IMG/VR virus record: IMGVR_UViG_3300012956_000019
Span: 7,375-71,374 of that record
DNA length: 64,000 nt
From: a virus
Taxonomy: Duplodnaviria > Caudoviricetes
Strand: one strand, 5' to 3'
Shown here: positions 1 to 8,928 of the stretch, piece by piece
How the letters are laid out: each line of letters opens with the position of its first letter
How positions within the stretch are numbered: the first letter of the stretch is position 1
Notes under the pieces: generated by a model
The model's input: the letters and a program-made list of their open reading frames with translations, nothing else
Databases searched by the model: none
What the model was told of the DNA's origin: nothing
Made by a program: the position numbers and the translations under genes

Positions 1-413
1 AAATAATCATCTGACATGTCTTTTTGTGGATCATCTGTGAATCCTTGCTTTTCTTGATATGCCCAAAGTTTATTTTTCAATTCATTCAAATCACCATTCT
101 CCCAATTGTAAACATATTCCCTAAGTGATATATCACCCAAATCTTCATTCAAGTTGAACTGTGTTGTTTGATATAAATCTGTGGTATTAAATATTGTGCT
201 GGATGTACCATGTAAAAATCCAATAAGTGACATTGTCACCAATTTGAATGTGACTTTAGCATCCTTCAATTCCTGTATGTTGCTTATAACATCCTGACCT
301 GACTCTATTCCAAATTTTTCCATGAACTCTTCCATCATCTGATATTCAGTTCCCAAAACAATAGATGTTGTTTTGTTTGTTCTGATAATTCCTATGTTAT
401 AACCTGCTTTCAT
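1..413 (-). CDS. hypothetical protein (3' end runs off window)
   Basis: Manually translated ORF MKAGYNIGIIRTNKTTSIVLG... from ATG at 413 with AAGGA upstream; open to position 1. Confidence 0.7.
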   Translation of the reverse strand, partial: MKAGYNIGIIRTNKTTSIVLGTEYQMMEEFMEKFGIESGQDVISNIQELKDAKVTFKLVTMSLIGFLHGTSSTIFNTTDLYQTTQFNLNEDLGDISLREYVYNWENGDLNELKNKLWAYQEKQGFTDDPQKDMSDDY

Positions 414-449
414 TGTGTTGTCCTTTATAAATTGTTGTTGTTGAATTTC

Positions 450-698
450 TTATGAATATCTTACATTCAAGTGATTAAAAACATCTGTTGCGTGTTCTGA
501 TGTACATCTTGAATTTAATTTTGCCTTAACTTCTTTTGGATATTTGTTCATGATTTTTTTCATTTCAGCTTCAAACTCATCTTTTGAACTGACTTCTAAT
601 AAATTGTCTGAAAGATTATATGAAAAAACTGATTCCAAAGACAGCTTGTATATATCCATTCCAAACTTAACTTTGATCATTTCATTTTCTTTTTTCAT
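450..698 (-). CDS. hypothetical protein
   Basis: ORF track 450..704; ATG at 698 follows AAAGGAACTT RBS. Confidence 0.6.
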   Translation of the reverse strand: MKKENEMIKVKFGMDIYKLSLESVFSYNLSDNLLEVSSKDEFEAEMKKIMNKYPKEVKAKLNSRCTSEHATDVFNHLNVRYS

Positions 699-831
699 TT
701 CCAAGTTCCTTTCAAAATTTCTAAATTTGTTTCAATCACCATAAGAAACTTAATAATTGTTTTGACAATATCCTAATGTTTTGTCACAATAATAAAAATT
801 TTTTTTGATTATAATATATGATAATGGCAAT
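695..831 (-). promoter_or_regulatory. copy A of dispersed promoter/RBS cassette
   Basis: Shares CAATCACCATAA..AACTTAA..ACAATATCCTAATGTTT and ATAATGGCAAT blocks with 5256-5404 and, inverted, 58510-58691. Confidence 0.55.
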
Positions 832-878
832 TTAATTTATATCAACAGAAAAGAGATTATTTTTTACCCTAAATAAAA

Positions 879-903
879 AGCAGGTGACATTACACCACCT
901 GCT
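879..903 (-). terminator. rho-independent terminator
   Basis: AGCAGGTG/CACCTGCT stem with T-tract on minus strand, just after the DUF932 gene. Confidence 0.7.
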
Positions 904-921
904 CTCACAACAACACAACAA

Positions 922-2007
922 CTAAAATTCAAGCATCTTTGCTAATCTGGTCTGATATTGACTTCTTGTTCTATAATTAACATAATGAGAAATGTAATAT
1001 GTAAATACATTATATAGTGCCCACATGTCCTTGATTTTATCCTTTGATTCACCATTCTCTTTGTTTAAGTATGCCAATGCCCTTGTTCCAAATGTACTTG
1101 ATACAGCTGTATCAAATTCTGTTGTCTGGTTGAACTCTGTGGCACTTAACAACTTTACTCTTTCATTGATAGTTGGAATCAACTTGTAAGTGTCTTCCAT
1201 CTGTTCCTTTAATCTATCAACTGAAAATCCAGATGTGTGTTTTGCATAAAATCTTGCGAACACTTTTCCAAATACCATTCCATTTGAACAAATACCTCTG
1301 ATAGCACCCCACATTGCTTTTATTCCTTCACTTCCATCATAGCTGTTGTTAATAAACAAACTCATTGCTATGTCAGATGCTCCATCATTAAATATCAATT
1401 CAGGAAATGTTAATTGTATTCTCATTTTTCTGTCATTTATAAATGAGTGAGTTGGATCAACAATCCATTTTGAATCCAATTTATCAAGATGTTCTAACAG
1501 TGGCATTACAATATCTTCATTCCTAACCAAGTTGTAACTGTTCTTAACAACATTTATAATCTTACCATCTTTGTTAACAATAGCTTTATGACCTGGTGCT
1601 GGCACCATTTCAGTTCCATTTGTAAAATATACTTTATCAGCGTGAACTGGTGTCATAAACTGTTGAAGTTGACTAACATTACCTACAACATGAACACCAT
1701 TTTTAACAGTGTCTTCTGTAAAGGTGTGTGTCTGATTTCTTTCAACTTCACTTAATCTCTTTTTAATATCAATCATTTTATTTTCCAACTTTTTGTACAT
1801 TCTTCTTTTGGTTGAATCACTTGCTGTAATCAATTTGAATTTTTCTTCATTGGTTAGGAATTGACATCCAGCTTTCCACAAATTCATTTCCTTTAATGCT
1901 TGATTCAATACCGCACCTGAAGATGTTGGTGACACTGTTGATATATCTGGTGTTGTTTCTAATATTGGTTCAATTATTGATACTGTTGTGTTGTTTGAAG
2001 TTCTCAT
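922..2007 (-). CDS. DUF932 domain protein with N-terminal extension
   Basis: C-terminal YNLVRNEDI...NNSYDGSEG...GAIRGICSNGMV matches the DUF932 signature. Confidence 0.75.
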   Translation of the reverse strand: MRTSNNTTVSIIEPILETTPDISTVSPTSSGAVLNQALKEMNLWKAGCQFLTNEEKFKLITASDSTKRRMYKKLENKMIDIKKRLSEVERNQTHTFTEDTVKNGVHVVGNVSQLQQFMTPVHADKVYFTNGTEMVPAPGHKAIVNKDGKIINVVKNSYNLVRNEDIVMPLLEHLDKLDSKWIVDPTHSFINDRKMRIQLTFPELIFNDGASDIAMSLFINNSYDGSEGIKAMWGAIRGICSNGMVFGKVFARFYAKHTSGFSVDRLKEQMEDTYKLIPTINERVKLLSATEFNQTTEFDTAVSSTFGTRALAYLNKENGESKDKIKDMWALYNVFTYYISHYVNYRTRSQYQTRLAKMLEF

Positions 2008-2060
2008 TGTAAAGTTCCTTTATATTAAATTTATGTTTGTTTGTTTTGTTGTTTGTTTTG

Positions 2061-2073
2061 TTATAATATACAA
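2061..2073 (-). promoter_or_regulatory. putative promoter -10-like motif TTGTATATTATAA
   Basis: Identical 13-mer also at 13059-13071; each lies about 40-55 bp upstream of a gene start. Confidence 0.35.
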
Positions 2074-2079
2074 TTGAAA

Positions 2080-2107
2080 AAGTGGACAATAAATTTACTG
2101 TCCACTT
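2080..2107 (-). terminator. rho-independent terminator
   Basis: AAGTGGACA/TGTCCACTT 9-bp stem followed by TTTC on minus strand. Confidence 0.65.
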
Positions 2108-2116
2108 GATGTGAAA

Positions 2117-2710
2117 TTATTTTACCAATTCTTTGAAAATGATTCCTAACATTCTGAAATGTTCAGCATCTGGAATCATTTCATTCAGTTCATCAACTTT
2201 AGAACTTAATTTTGTGTTCGATTCATTAAGTTGTTGAATTTTCAATCTTAAATTAGCACCTGATGCTTCAAGTTGTCCGATCTTGTTTGTCCATTCCTTT
2301 TCTTTATTAAACAATTCAATGCTTTTGACAACCAATCCTGTTTCCTTTTCATCTACATCTTTCATTCTGGTTTCATATTCCAACTTCAAATAATAATCTG
2401 CCTTAAAATTAGCATAAATGTTTAATAAATCAAGTTGAGCATCTACACCCATGGCTTTGCCCACTGAAAAAATAACCATCCTGAATTCAGCCATCTTCTT
2501 GTCAGAGTGTAATTGTAAAAAACATTTCTCAATGTCTTCACCTCTTGATTTACCATAAATGTCTTGTAAGCCACACATTATCTCTGTTCCAACCTTATTA
2601 GCAGTGGTTGTTCTATTAACAGCATCAGCCCAACTATGTAGTTGTTCAGGTGATGTAATAATTGCAAAATTGATTTGCATTGTGTCAAGTAATAATTTTG
2701 AAGTTGTCAT
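2117..2710 (-). CDS. hypothetical protein with C-terminal coiled coil
   Basis: 197 aa ORF; heptad-like C-terminus; ATGA overlap with upstream gene. Confidence 0.7.
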   Translation of the reverse strand: MTTSKLLLDTMQINFAIITSPEQLHSWADAVNRTTTANKVGTEIMCGLQDIYGKSRGEDIEKCFLQLHSDKKMAEFRMVIFSVGKAMGVDAQLDLLNIYANFKADYYLKLEYETRMKDVDEKETGLVVKSIELFNKEKEWTNKIGQLEASGANLRLKIQQLNESNTKLSSKVDELNEMIPDAEHFRMLGIIFKELVK

Positions 2711-2964
2711 AAATCACACCTTTTTTTATTTGATAAATAATATTTTTTGTTTTTTAATAACATTGTATAAATTGAATCTGAATGAACTCTATTTGATCTG
2801 GCATAATTACTCAGCCATCTTAATACACCAGCACCTAAATCATTTACATTTAGTTCCTTACCATTTAATACAATAATGTTTTCTTTACTTGAATTGCATA
2901 TTGTATAAATTTCTGAATAAGGTGTCAATTGCTTGAATGTTATTTTTTTTGCTTTCTTTTTCAT
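2707..2964 (-). CDS. hypothetical protein
   Basis: 85 aa ORF with AGGAACT RBS. Confidence 0.6.
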   Translation of the reverse strand: MKKKAKKITFKQLTPYSEIYTICNSSKENIIVLNGKELNVNDLGAGVLRWLSNYARSNRVHSDSIYTMLLKNKKYYLSNKKRCDL

Positions 2965-2972
2965 TTTAGTTC

Positions 2973-3374
2973 CTATTCAAACTGTTGAGTGTTGTCAAAT
3001 TCTATTTTATTTATATATGAATCATCATCCATTTCTCTGACTCTATCATGTGGGTCACCATTTTCTAATCTATTCAATTCATCATCAGCTTCATCTAAAT
3101 TCTTTTGTTCATCTTTCCAGACAGGATGTAAATACCAATAATTTGATGATAAATAAATCAAGCCCTGAAAATCACCCATTTCAGCAAATAATATTCCCTT
3201 TTTACACAAGCTACCAACCACACCTTTAACAGTGTTAATTTTAAGTGAAGTTGATTTTGCTAAATCTGTACAATCAATATCTGAAAATCCAGGTTCAGCA
3301 TATAATAAATCAATTTCAGCTTCAAGAACTTTTAATTCAAGTTCAGTCAATCCAAGTTCATTTATTGTTTTCAT
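2973..3374 (-). CDS. putative winged helix-turn-helix protein
   Basis: LTELELKVL...DLAKSTSLKINTVKGVVGSLCKKGIL resembles a wHTH; start MKTINE after AGGAACT RBS. Confidence 0.55.
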   Translation of the reverse strand: MKTINELGLTELELKVLEAEIDLLYAEPGFSDIDCTDLAKSTSLKINTVKGVVGSLCKKGILFAEMGDFQGLIYLSSNYWYLHPVWKDEQKNLDEADDELNRLENGDPHDRVREMDDDSYINKIEFDNTQQFE

Positions 3375-3415
3375 CTTAGTTCCTATTAAAATTGTTGTTT
3401 GTTGTTTAATAAAGA

Positions 3416-3435
3416 AGGGCATTTTTCAATGCCCT
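3416..3435 (-). terminator. rho-independent terminator
   Basis: AGGGCATT-GAAA-AATGCCCT then TCTTTATT on minus strand. Confidence 0.7.
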
Positions 3436-3441
3436 GTCTGA

Positions 3442-4659
3442 TTACATTTTTGTTGATTTCCAAGTGTACTGTGATAATTCAACTGTTGATAACTTATTTC
3501 CAATAAATTCAATCATTTCTTTCATTCCTGATTCATTTATTGGATTATTCATAGGATTCATTGTAATTACAACATCTTTTTTGAATGTGAAGTTGTTTAC
3601 TATAATATTAACAAATTCCTGATACATTTTACCTGTTATGAATTCACCACCAATTTCTAATATTCTAAATGTCTTGAAATCTTCAGTTGTAAACTTAATG
3701 CCTGTTCCAAAATTTTCATCTCTATTTGAAAATTCATTTTTCTTTGTTTCTTTTATGAATACAACTTCAAAATGTTCTGATTCATATGAATATCTGTCTC
3801 TGCCTGTTCCACTGTAATGTGTTTCTTTAACTGATTGAACACTATCACCAAAGATGTTTTTAATTTTACCTATCTTTGTTTGGCTTGCCTTTTCTACTTT
3901 TATTTTATTCTCAACTGTTTCTTTCAAATTTTCATATTCTGTCTTTACTCTTTTAATAATTCCATCTGTTGTTTTGTACAAGCCCAAATGATTGTAACTT
4001 TCTTTTAATGCCCAGCCTGAAAATTTACTTTGTGCACTCCATTTACTTACAGCTGTGAAATTGTTAACAAGGCTGAATGTCTTTTTAACTGTCTTGTGAG
4101 AAATTACAATGTGATAAGAAATTTCTGAATTTGACTTCTTATCAAAATTTGTATAATCAGCATATGATGGCGTAACTATAAAGCCAATTGCTGTTGGTGT
4201 AGCATCATTAAATAATTTACAATTTTTTACATACCAACTGTTTTCATAATTCTTAACTGCTTTGGCTGTCCAAAGTGTTCTGTACAACATTTCATTTTCT
4301 TTTCTTAGTTCCTTAAATTTTGAATACAATTCAGAAAAATCAATTTGTATTCCTAATGTCTTCAACTGTTTCAAGTCAAATCCTTGAAGTGTTATATTAT
4401 ATTTTTCAACTTGATAATCTGTTTCTGTTTCTGTCATAAATGTTTCAGTGTACTCATCCATCTTTGCTTTAATCTCATCAAGTGAATATGAATGTTTTGA
4501 ATAATTATAATCATCATACCATAAAGTGAATTGTGATTCTAAATTATTAAATAATACTACACCAATCATCTTATTTGTACATTTGCCTGTTAATTCATTT
4601 TTGTCAGCTAATAATTGAGCATCCATTAATTTTACTGTTGTGTTATTTGTAGTTGTCAT
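3442..4659 (-). CDS. hypothetical protein
   Basis: 405 aa ORF; RBS and N-terminus shared with the DUF932 gene. Confidence 0.75.
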   Translation of the reverse strand: MTTTNNTTVKLMDAQLLADKNELTGKCTNKMIGVVLFNNLESQFTLWYDDYNYSKHSYSLDEIKAKMDEYTETFMTETETDYQVEKYNITLQGFDLKQLKTLGIQIDFSELYSKFKELRKENEMLYRTLWTAKAVKNYENSWYVKNCKLFNDATPTAIGFIVTPSYADYTNFDKKSNSEISYHIVISHKTVKKTFSLVNNFTAVSKWSAQSKFSGWALKESYNHLGLYKTTDGIIKRVKTEYENLKETVENKIKVEKASQTKIGKIKNIFGDSVQSVKETHYSGTGRDRYSYESEHFEVVFIKETKKNEFSNRDENFGTGIKFTTEDFKTFRILEIGGEFITGKMYQEFVNIIVNNFTFKKDVVITMNPMNNPINESGMKEMIEFIGNKLSTVELSQYTWKSTKM

Positions 4660-4719
4660 TGTAAAGTTCCTTTATATTAAATTTTTGTTTGTTATTTATT
4701 TTTGTTGTTATAATACTTA

Positions 4720-4932
4720 TTATGCAAATGACCATGAATATTTTACTATGCTAAACAATTCAACAACTTCTGCTTTTGTATATATAATTGTTTCATTATT
4801 TTCAAAAACAGTTAGTACATCAGTTTGAATATTTAATATTCCAAGACAATAATGATTTGACCTATTTTTCAAAGTCACTCTTGTGAAATTTTCAATAAAT
4901 TCTATGTTTGCTTTTTTTATTGAGTTTGCCAT
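4720..4932 (-). CDS. hypothetical protein
   Basis: 70 aa ORF with AAGGAAC RBS. Confidence 0.6.
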   Translation of the reverse strand: MANSIKKANIEFIENFTRVTLKNRSNHYCLGILNIQTDVLTVFENNETIIYTKAEVVELFSIVKYSWSFA

Positions 4933-5255
4933 GTTGGTGTTCCTTATATTATATTGTTATTTGTTGTTTCTGTTTTTTGACTTCTTCAGTTGAGTGTATC
5001 TTATTAAATAAGAAACTCAAGACAACTTTGTTTTTTGGTGTTTCACAGTTTTGCATCCCTGCCAGTTGGCATATCATTTTGAACCAGTTGGTGATTTGAA
5101 CCTTTGTAACCTTATAACCTTATTTGGTTTTTTGTATTCCTAAATTTTGGTGTATTATAAAGAGTATCAAAAACCAGTGTCAAACTGCTGTGTTTGGGAA
5201 AACATTGGCTGAGCAACTCTCTCAACCAATCAATCTTTCATCATTTCAAATAACT

Positions 5256-5404
5256 GTCTCAATCACCATAAGAAACTTAAAAAAGTTTTTAACAATATCC
5301 TAATGTTTTTTGAAAATATTTTTAATTTTTTTTGGATTGGATAGCCAATAATGGCAATATCATTTAGAATTGTGGAAAAGGGTACAAAAAAATACCCTAA
5401 ATTA
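5256..5404 (-). promoter_or_regulatory. copy B of dispersed hairpin-promoter cassette
   Basis: About 150 bp similar to reverse complement of 58510-58660; includes AGGGTA-CAAAAAAA-TACCCT hairpin right after the primase stop. Confidence 0.6.
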
Positions 5405-6433
5405 TTTTGTTATATTATTATATAGATTGGCAACTTTATATATTTGTTTTGAATTGCTATATATAGAACACCATTTTTTATATGTGATGTTGTTTACATC
5501 TTGACCCTTTGGCAACAAAGTTCTATATAGTTCAACACCAGTTCCCAACATCTTGTCTTTTGCTTTCACAAATCCTTTAATGCCAGCTGGGTCATTATCT
5601 AAACACAGAAACACTTTATCAAATACCATCAATTGTTCTATCTGCTCATCAGATATATCAGCACCAAAACAACAAACAGCAGGAACACCCCAAAACCATA
5701 AATTCATTGCATCAACTATTCCTTCAGCTACAATACACCAATTGAATCCTTTTCTCAATACCCTATGTATGTTGAACAAATATTCTATCTTATTAACACC
5801 AAATGGCCTGTAATACTTTCTGTCTGTTTTAGCCTCTGTAATCAACCTGCCTTCACTCCATATGTATTTTCCTTCAACATTATGGCATGGTATTATTATT
5901 CTGTTCAAATATTCTTTTCCATATGAACTATCTGATTTGGTTGTATAGCCAATATTAAACATTCCAATCCATTCAGTCATGTTTCTCTTCACAAGATAGT
6001 TATAATGATTGCTACAGTGTATATCTGTGGCAGATATATGTTCAAATCCTTTTGGGATATGAAATGTTTTTTCTTTATGATTTTTTAGGCTTGTTATTTC
6101 TTTTATTCTTTGTTTGCTTTCTTTCCATAATGAATCAGGCAACATCCCAACAGTTACACTTTCCAAATTCATATCCCAATTCATATGGGTGCACAATTCA
6201 CTCCAAGTGCCACTTCCACACCCTGAATAACAGTTATAACCACCATGATCTTTGTGTATAAAAAATGATGGTGTATGATCTTCGTGCCCAAAAGGCAATA
6301 TACACTTCATTTTAAGCCATTTACCAGACACTATATATTCAATGCCTTTTTTAGCAATAAAACTTTCTACATCAACTGGTGCAAATGAATTACTATTGAA
6401 ATCTGATTCAACAAAATCTTTTAATGATGGCAT
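5402..6433 (-). CDS. DNA primase (DnaG-like, Zn-binding + TOPRIM)
   Basis: KCILPFGHEDHTPSF...CYSGC zinc motif; EGIVDAM and CLDNDPAG TOPRIM motifs. Confidence 0.9.
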   Translation of the reverse strand: MPSLKDFVESDFNSNSFAPVDVESFIAKKGIEYIVSGKWLKMKCILPFGHEDHTPSFFIHKDHGGYNCYSGCGSGTWSELCTHMNWDMNLESVTVGMLPDSLWKESKQRIKEITSLKNHKEKTFHIPKGFEHISATDIHCSNHYNYLVKRNMTEWIGMFNIGYTTKSDSSYGKEYLNRIIIPCHNVEGKYIWSEGRLITEAKTDRKYYRPFGVNKIEYLFNIHRVLRKGFNWCIVAEGIVDAMNLWFWGVPAVCCFGADISDEQIEQLMVFDKVFLCLDNDPAGIKGFVKAKDKMLGTGVELYRTLLPKGQDVNNITYKKWCSIYSNSKQIYKVANLYNNITK

Positions 6434-7062
6434 ATATTTCTAAAACAATTTGCTTTTTTGGCTATTTCTTTATCAAACATTGGATTATTTAACTTCATTC
6501 TTTCAGACATTTGAATTTTTTGTTCTGGTGTCATTCCTCTATTTTTATTGGCTTCTGCTATTTTCTTTTTGTGTTCTGGTGAATGTACATATTTTTTACC
6601 TTTATTCCAAGGCACCATTCCTTTGTTAGCCTTGCTAATTTTATTTTTTGTAGTTGTTGATATAATTCTATTTTTATTTGCTTCTGCTAATTTTCTTTTT
6701 GTCTCATCAGAATGTGTCTTTCCAAAAAAAGGATTTTTGTCACCACTCATTCTTTCACACAATTTTTCTCTCATCTTAATTATTCCTTCAGTTCCACCAT
6801 CAGATATATTATAACCATTTGGTGATTTGGAATTATAAGAAATGATAAAATATTTTTCCAACTCATTTGCATCATTTTGGTTATAACAAATTGCCAGTGT
6901 TACCTTCTGAAAATTTTTCTTTCCATATTTAATTATTGCACTTTCAATAGCATATCCACTACCAAAATAATTTTTATATGCACCATTTGATCGAGTGGTT
7001 TGGCCAATATAAATTTTTTTATTGATGAGATTTTTCACCATATAAATTTTATATTTTATCAT
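6421..7062 (-). CDS. GIY-YIG homing endonuclease with NUMOD3-type repeats
   Basis: KIYMVKNLINKKIYIGQT; GDKNPFFGKTHSDETKRKL and KKYVHSPEHKKKI repeats. Confidence 0.9.
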   Translation of the reverse strand: MIKYKIYMVKNLINKKIYIGQTTRSNGAYKNYFGSGYAIESAIIKYGKKNFQKVTLAICYNQNDANELEKYFIISYNSKSPNGYNISDGGTEGIIKMREKLCERMSGDKNPFFGKTHSDETKRKLAEANKNRIISTTTKNKISKANKGMVPWNKGKKYVHSPEHKKKIAEANKNRGMTPEQKIQMSERMKLNNPMFDKEIAKKANCFRNICHH

Positions 7063-7455
7063 CTTTTTACAACCATTTCAGTAATTTTTACCTGTTATGT
7101 TGTTTTGATTTATTTTAACACTTTTCATAAGTTTGCCAATTAAAACACTTATATGACACGATTGTATGACATTTTTGAACATTATAAAAAATTTTTTACA
7201 CCATATAAGTTGTGTAATTATATGATGTTATGTCAATTGTACAATTTTGTGGAATATAATTACATGTGTGTTGATATATTTTTGTCATCTTGATGCATCT
7301 ATGGAATTTACATTTTTTGACACCCATTTGAAACCATATCTGATGGTCTGAAAGTGGTCATCAATATGATGCCATATTCAATGTACAATTTATATATAAC
7401 AAAAACATTAACAACCAATACAATACATATAATAACAATTAAAAATGTCCTGTAT

Positions 7456-8928
7456 TTATTCTTCATCTGGGTCAGTTTCTGTTGGTTCTTGTTTATCTGG
7501 GTTTGGCAGGTTCATTTCTGTTCTTTCCTTGTCACAAAATCTGCTCTTTGCAAAGTCAGGGAATGTATAAAATGATACACCCTTTTTTCCAAATCTCATT
7601 TTGAAAATTTCAAATTTTATTCTACCATATTCAGCATCTTCTTTAGATTGACCAATGCCCAAACCAACACTTGCGTGTTGTGCTGGCAAAGGTGAAAATG
7701 CTGCATCCTGCCAGTCAGTTGATCCAGTTCCTGCTTTGGTTGTTTTCTTTTGATTGCCAGTCAAAACAGGAATGCCTGCCCTGTCATTCCATCTTTTTGC
7801 AATCTGTGCCAAATCCCAACTTATTTCACCCATGGCATCCCAGCCCTTCAAATTTTGGTATTTGCCCATAGGTTTCATGTCATTTAGATAATCAATTGAA
7901 AATAAGTCAAATTTAACACCATATTTGTTTTCAGCATCCTTTGCTTTCATTTCTATGTCATTTGCTGTGGCACCTTTATCAAAGGAAACAACATGTAATA
8001 TTCCACAATTCTTTTGCCACCAGTTCAATTTCTTTTTTACTAATATCAGTTCATCCCTTGTTATTTCACCAGTTCTAAATCTGTCAAATGGTATGCCTGA
8101 AATCCTGCTATAAATTCTCATTTGTTGGTAAATTTTATTCATTTCAATAGTAAACAAAATACAGTTGTTTTTATTGACCATTGAAGCATACAATGGTATT
8201 TCCATAAGCAGGAATGATTTACCAACATTATTTTCTCCAACAAGAAAATAAAACTCACCAGGGAACAATCCACCATCTAAAAAATTGTCCAAATGAACTA
8301 TCTTGCCTTCATCCAAATCTGAATCATAGTGAACACCATAAATTCCTGTTGGAACTGGTTTGATCAATTTTCTTTTCTTTTGTTTTATCAGATTGACATG
8401 TTGTTGAAAATCATCAACAATATTCCCTTCCATCATCTGATTTTCAACCACCTTCATTTCATTCAGTGCAAATGAAATATCTTCATTGATCAAATCTAAC
8501 TTTCCACTGTCCAAATTCTTTTCACTAACATACAACAAGTTCTGAACCAACCTTGTTTTTCTCATGTGTTCTAACATTGCAACATCTGACTCTTTGTTGC
8601 CTGCTACACCTTCTGGCAGTTTATTGTATAGCCTCTCAACTGATTTCAACCAAATTTTTCTTTGATTTTCTGGTGTCTTGAATCTTGCATCAAATTTGAT
8701 ATGTGGTACTATTTCAACTTGTAATTTTTCAATTGTTGGAATTGTGCCATACTTATTGTAGAACTTTTTTATGGCAGAAAAGGCATTTTGGTGAAACAAA
8801 TCTGTAAAATGAGTTTCAATTATGGAATTATTTATGAAGACACTATTGCTAAAATTTTGAATCTGTAACAAACACTTGATTACACTTCTTTCTATCTCAA
8901 CATCATTCAGTTTCATTCTGCACACCAA
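7456..8928 (-). CDS. DnaB-like replicative helicase
   Basis: Walker A GENNVGKS, FTIEM, IDYL, IFKMRFG motifs. Confidence 0.9.
   Translation of the reverse strand: MVCRMKLNDVEIERSVIKCLLQIQNFSNSVFINNSIIETHFTDLFHQNAFSAIKKFYNKYGTIPTIEKLQVEIVPHIKFDARFKTPENQRKIWLKSVERLYNKLPEGVAGNKESDVAMLEHMRKTRLVQNLLYVSEKNLDSGKLDLINEDISFALNEMKVVENQMMEGNIVDDFQQHVNLIKQKKRKLIKPVPTGIYGVHYDSDLDEGKIVHLDNFLDGGLFPGEFYFLVGENNVGKSFLLMEIPLYASMVNKNNCILFTIEMNKIYQQMRIYSRISGIPFDRFRTGEITRDELILVKKKLNWWQKNCGILHVVSFDKGATANDIEMKAKDAENKYGVKFDLFSIDYLNDMKPMGKYQNLKGWDAMGEISWDLAQIAKRWNDRAGIPVLTGNQKKTTKAGTGSTDWQDAAFSPLPAQHASVGLGIGQSKEDAEYGRIKFEIFKMRFGKKGVSFYTFPDFAKSRFCDKERTEMNLPNPDKQEPTETDPDEE

Noticed and set aside
5090-5103. GGTTCAAATC as part of a tRNA gene
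   Set aside because: The T-stem arms do not pair and no cloverleaf can be built.
6421-7455. Group I intron housing the GIY-YIG gene
   Set aside because: Helicase and primase each appear complete, and no P7/catalytic core sequences were recognised.
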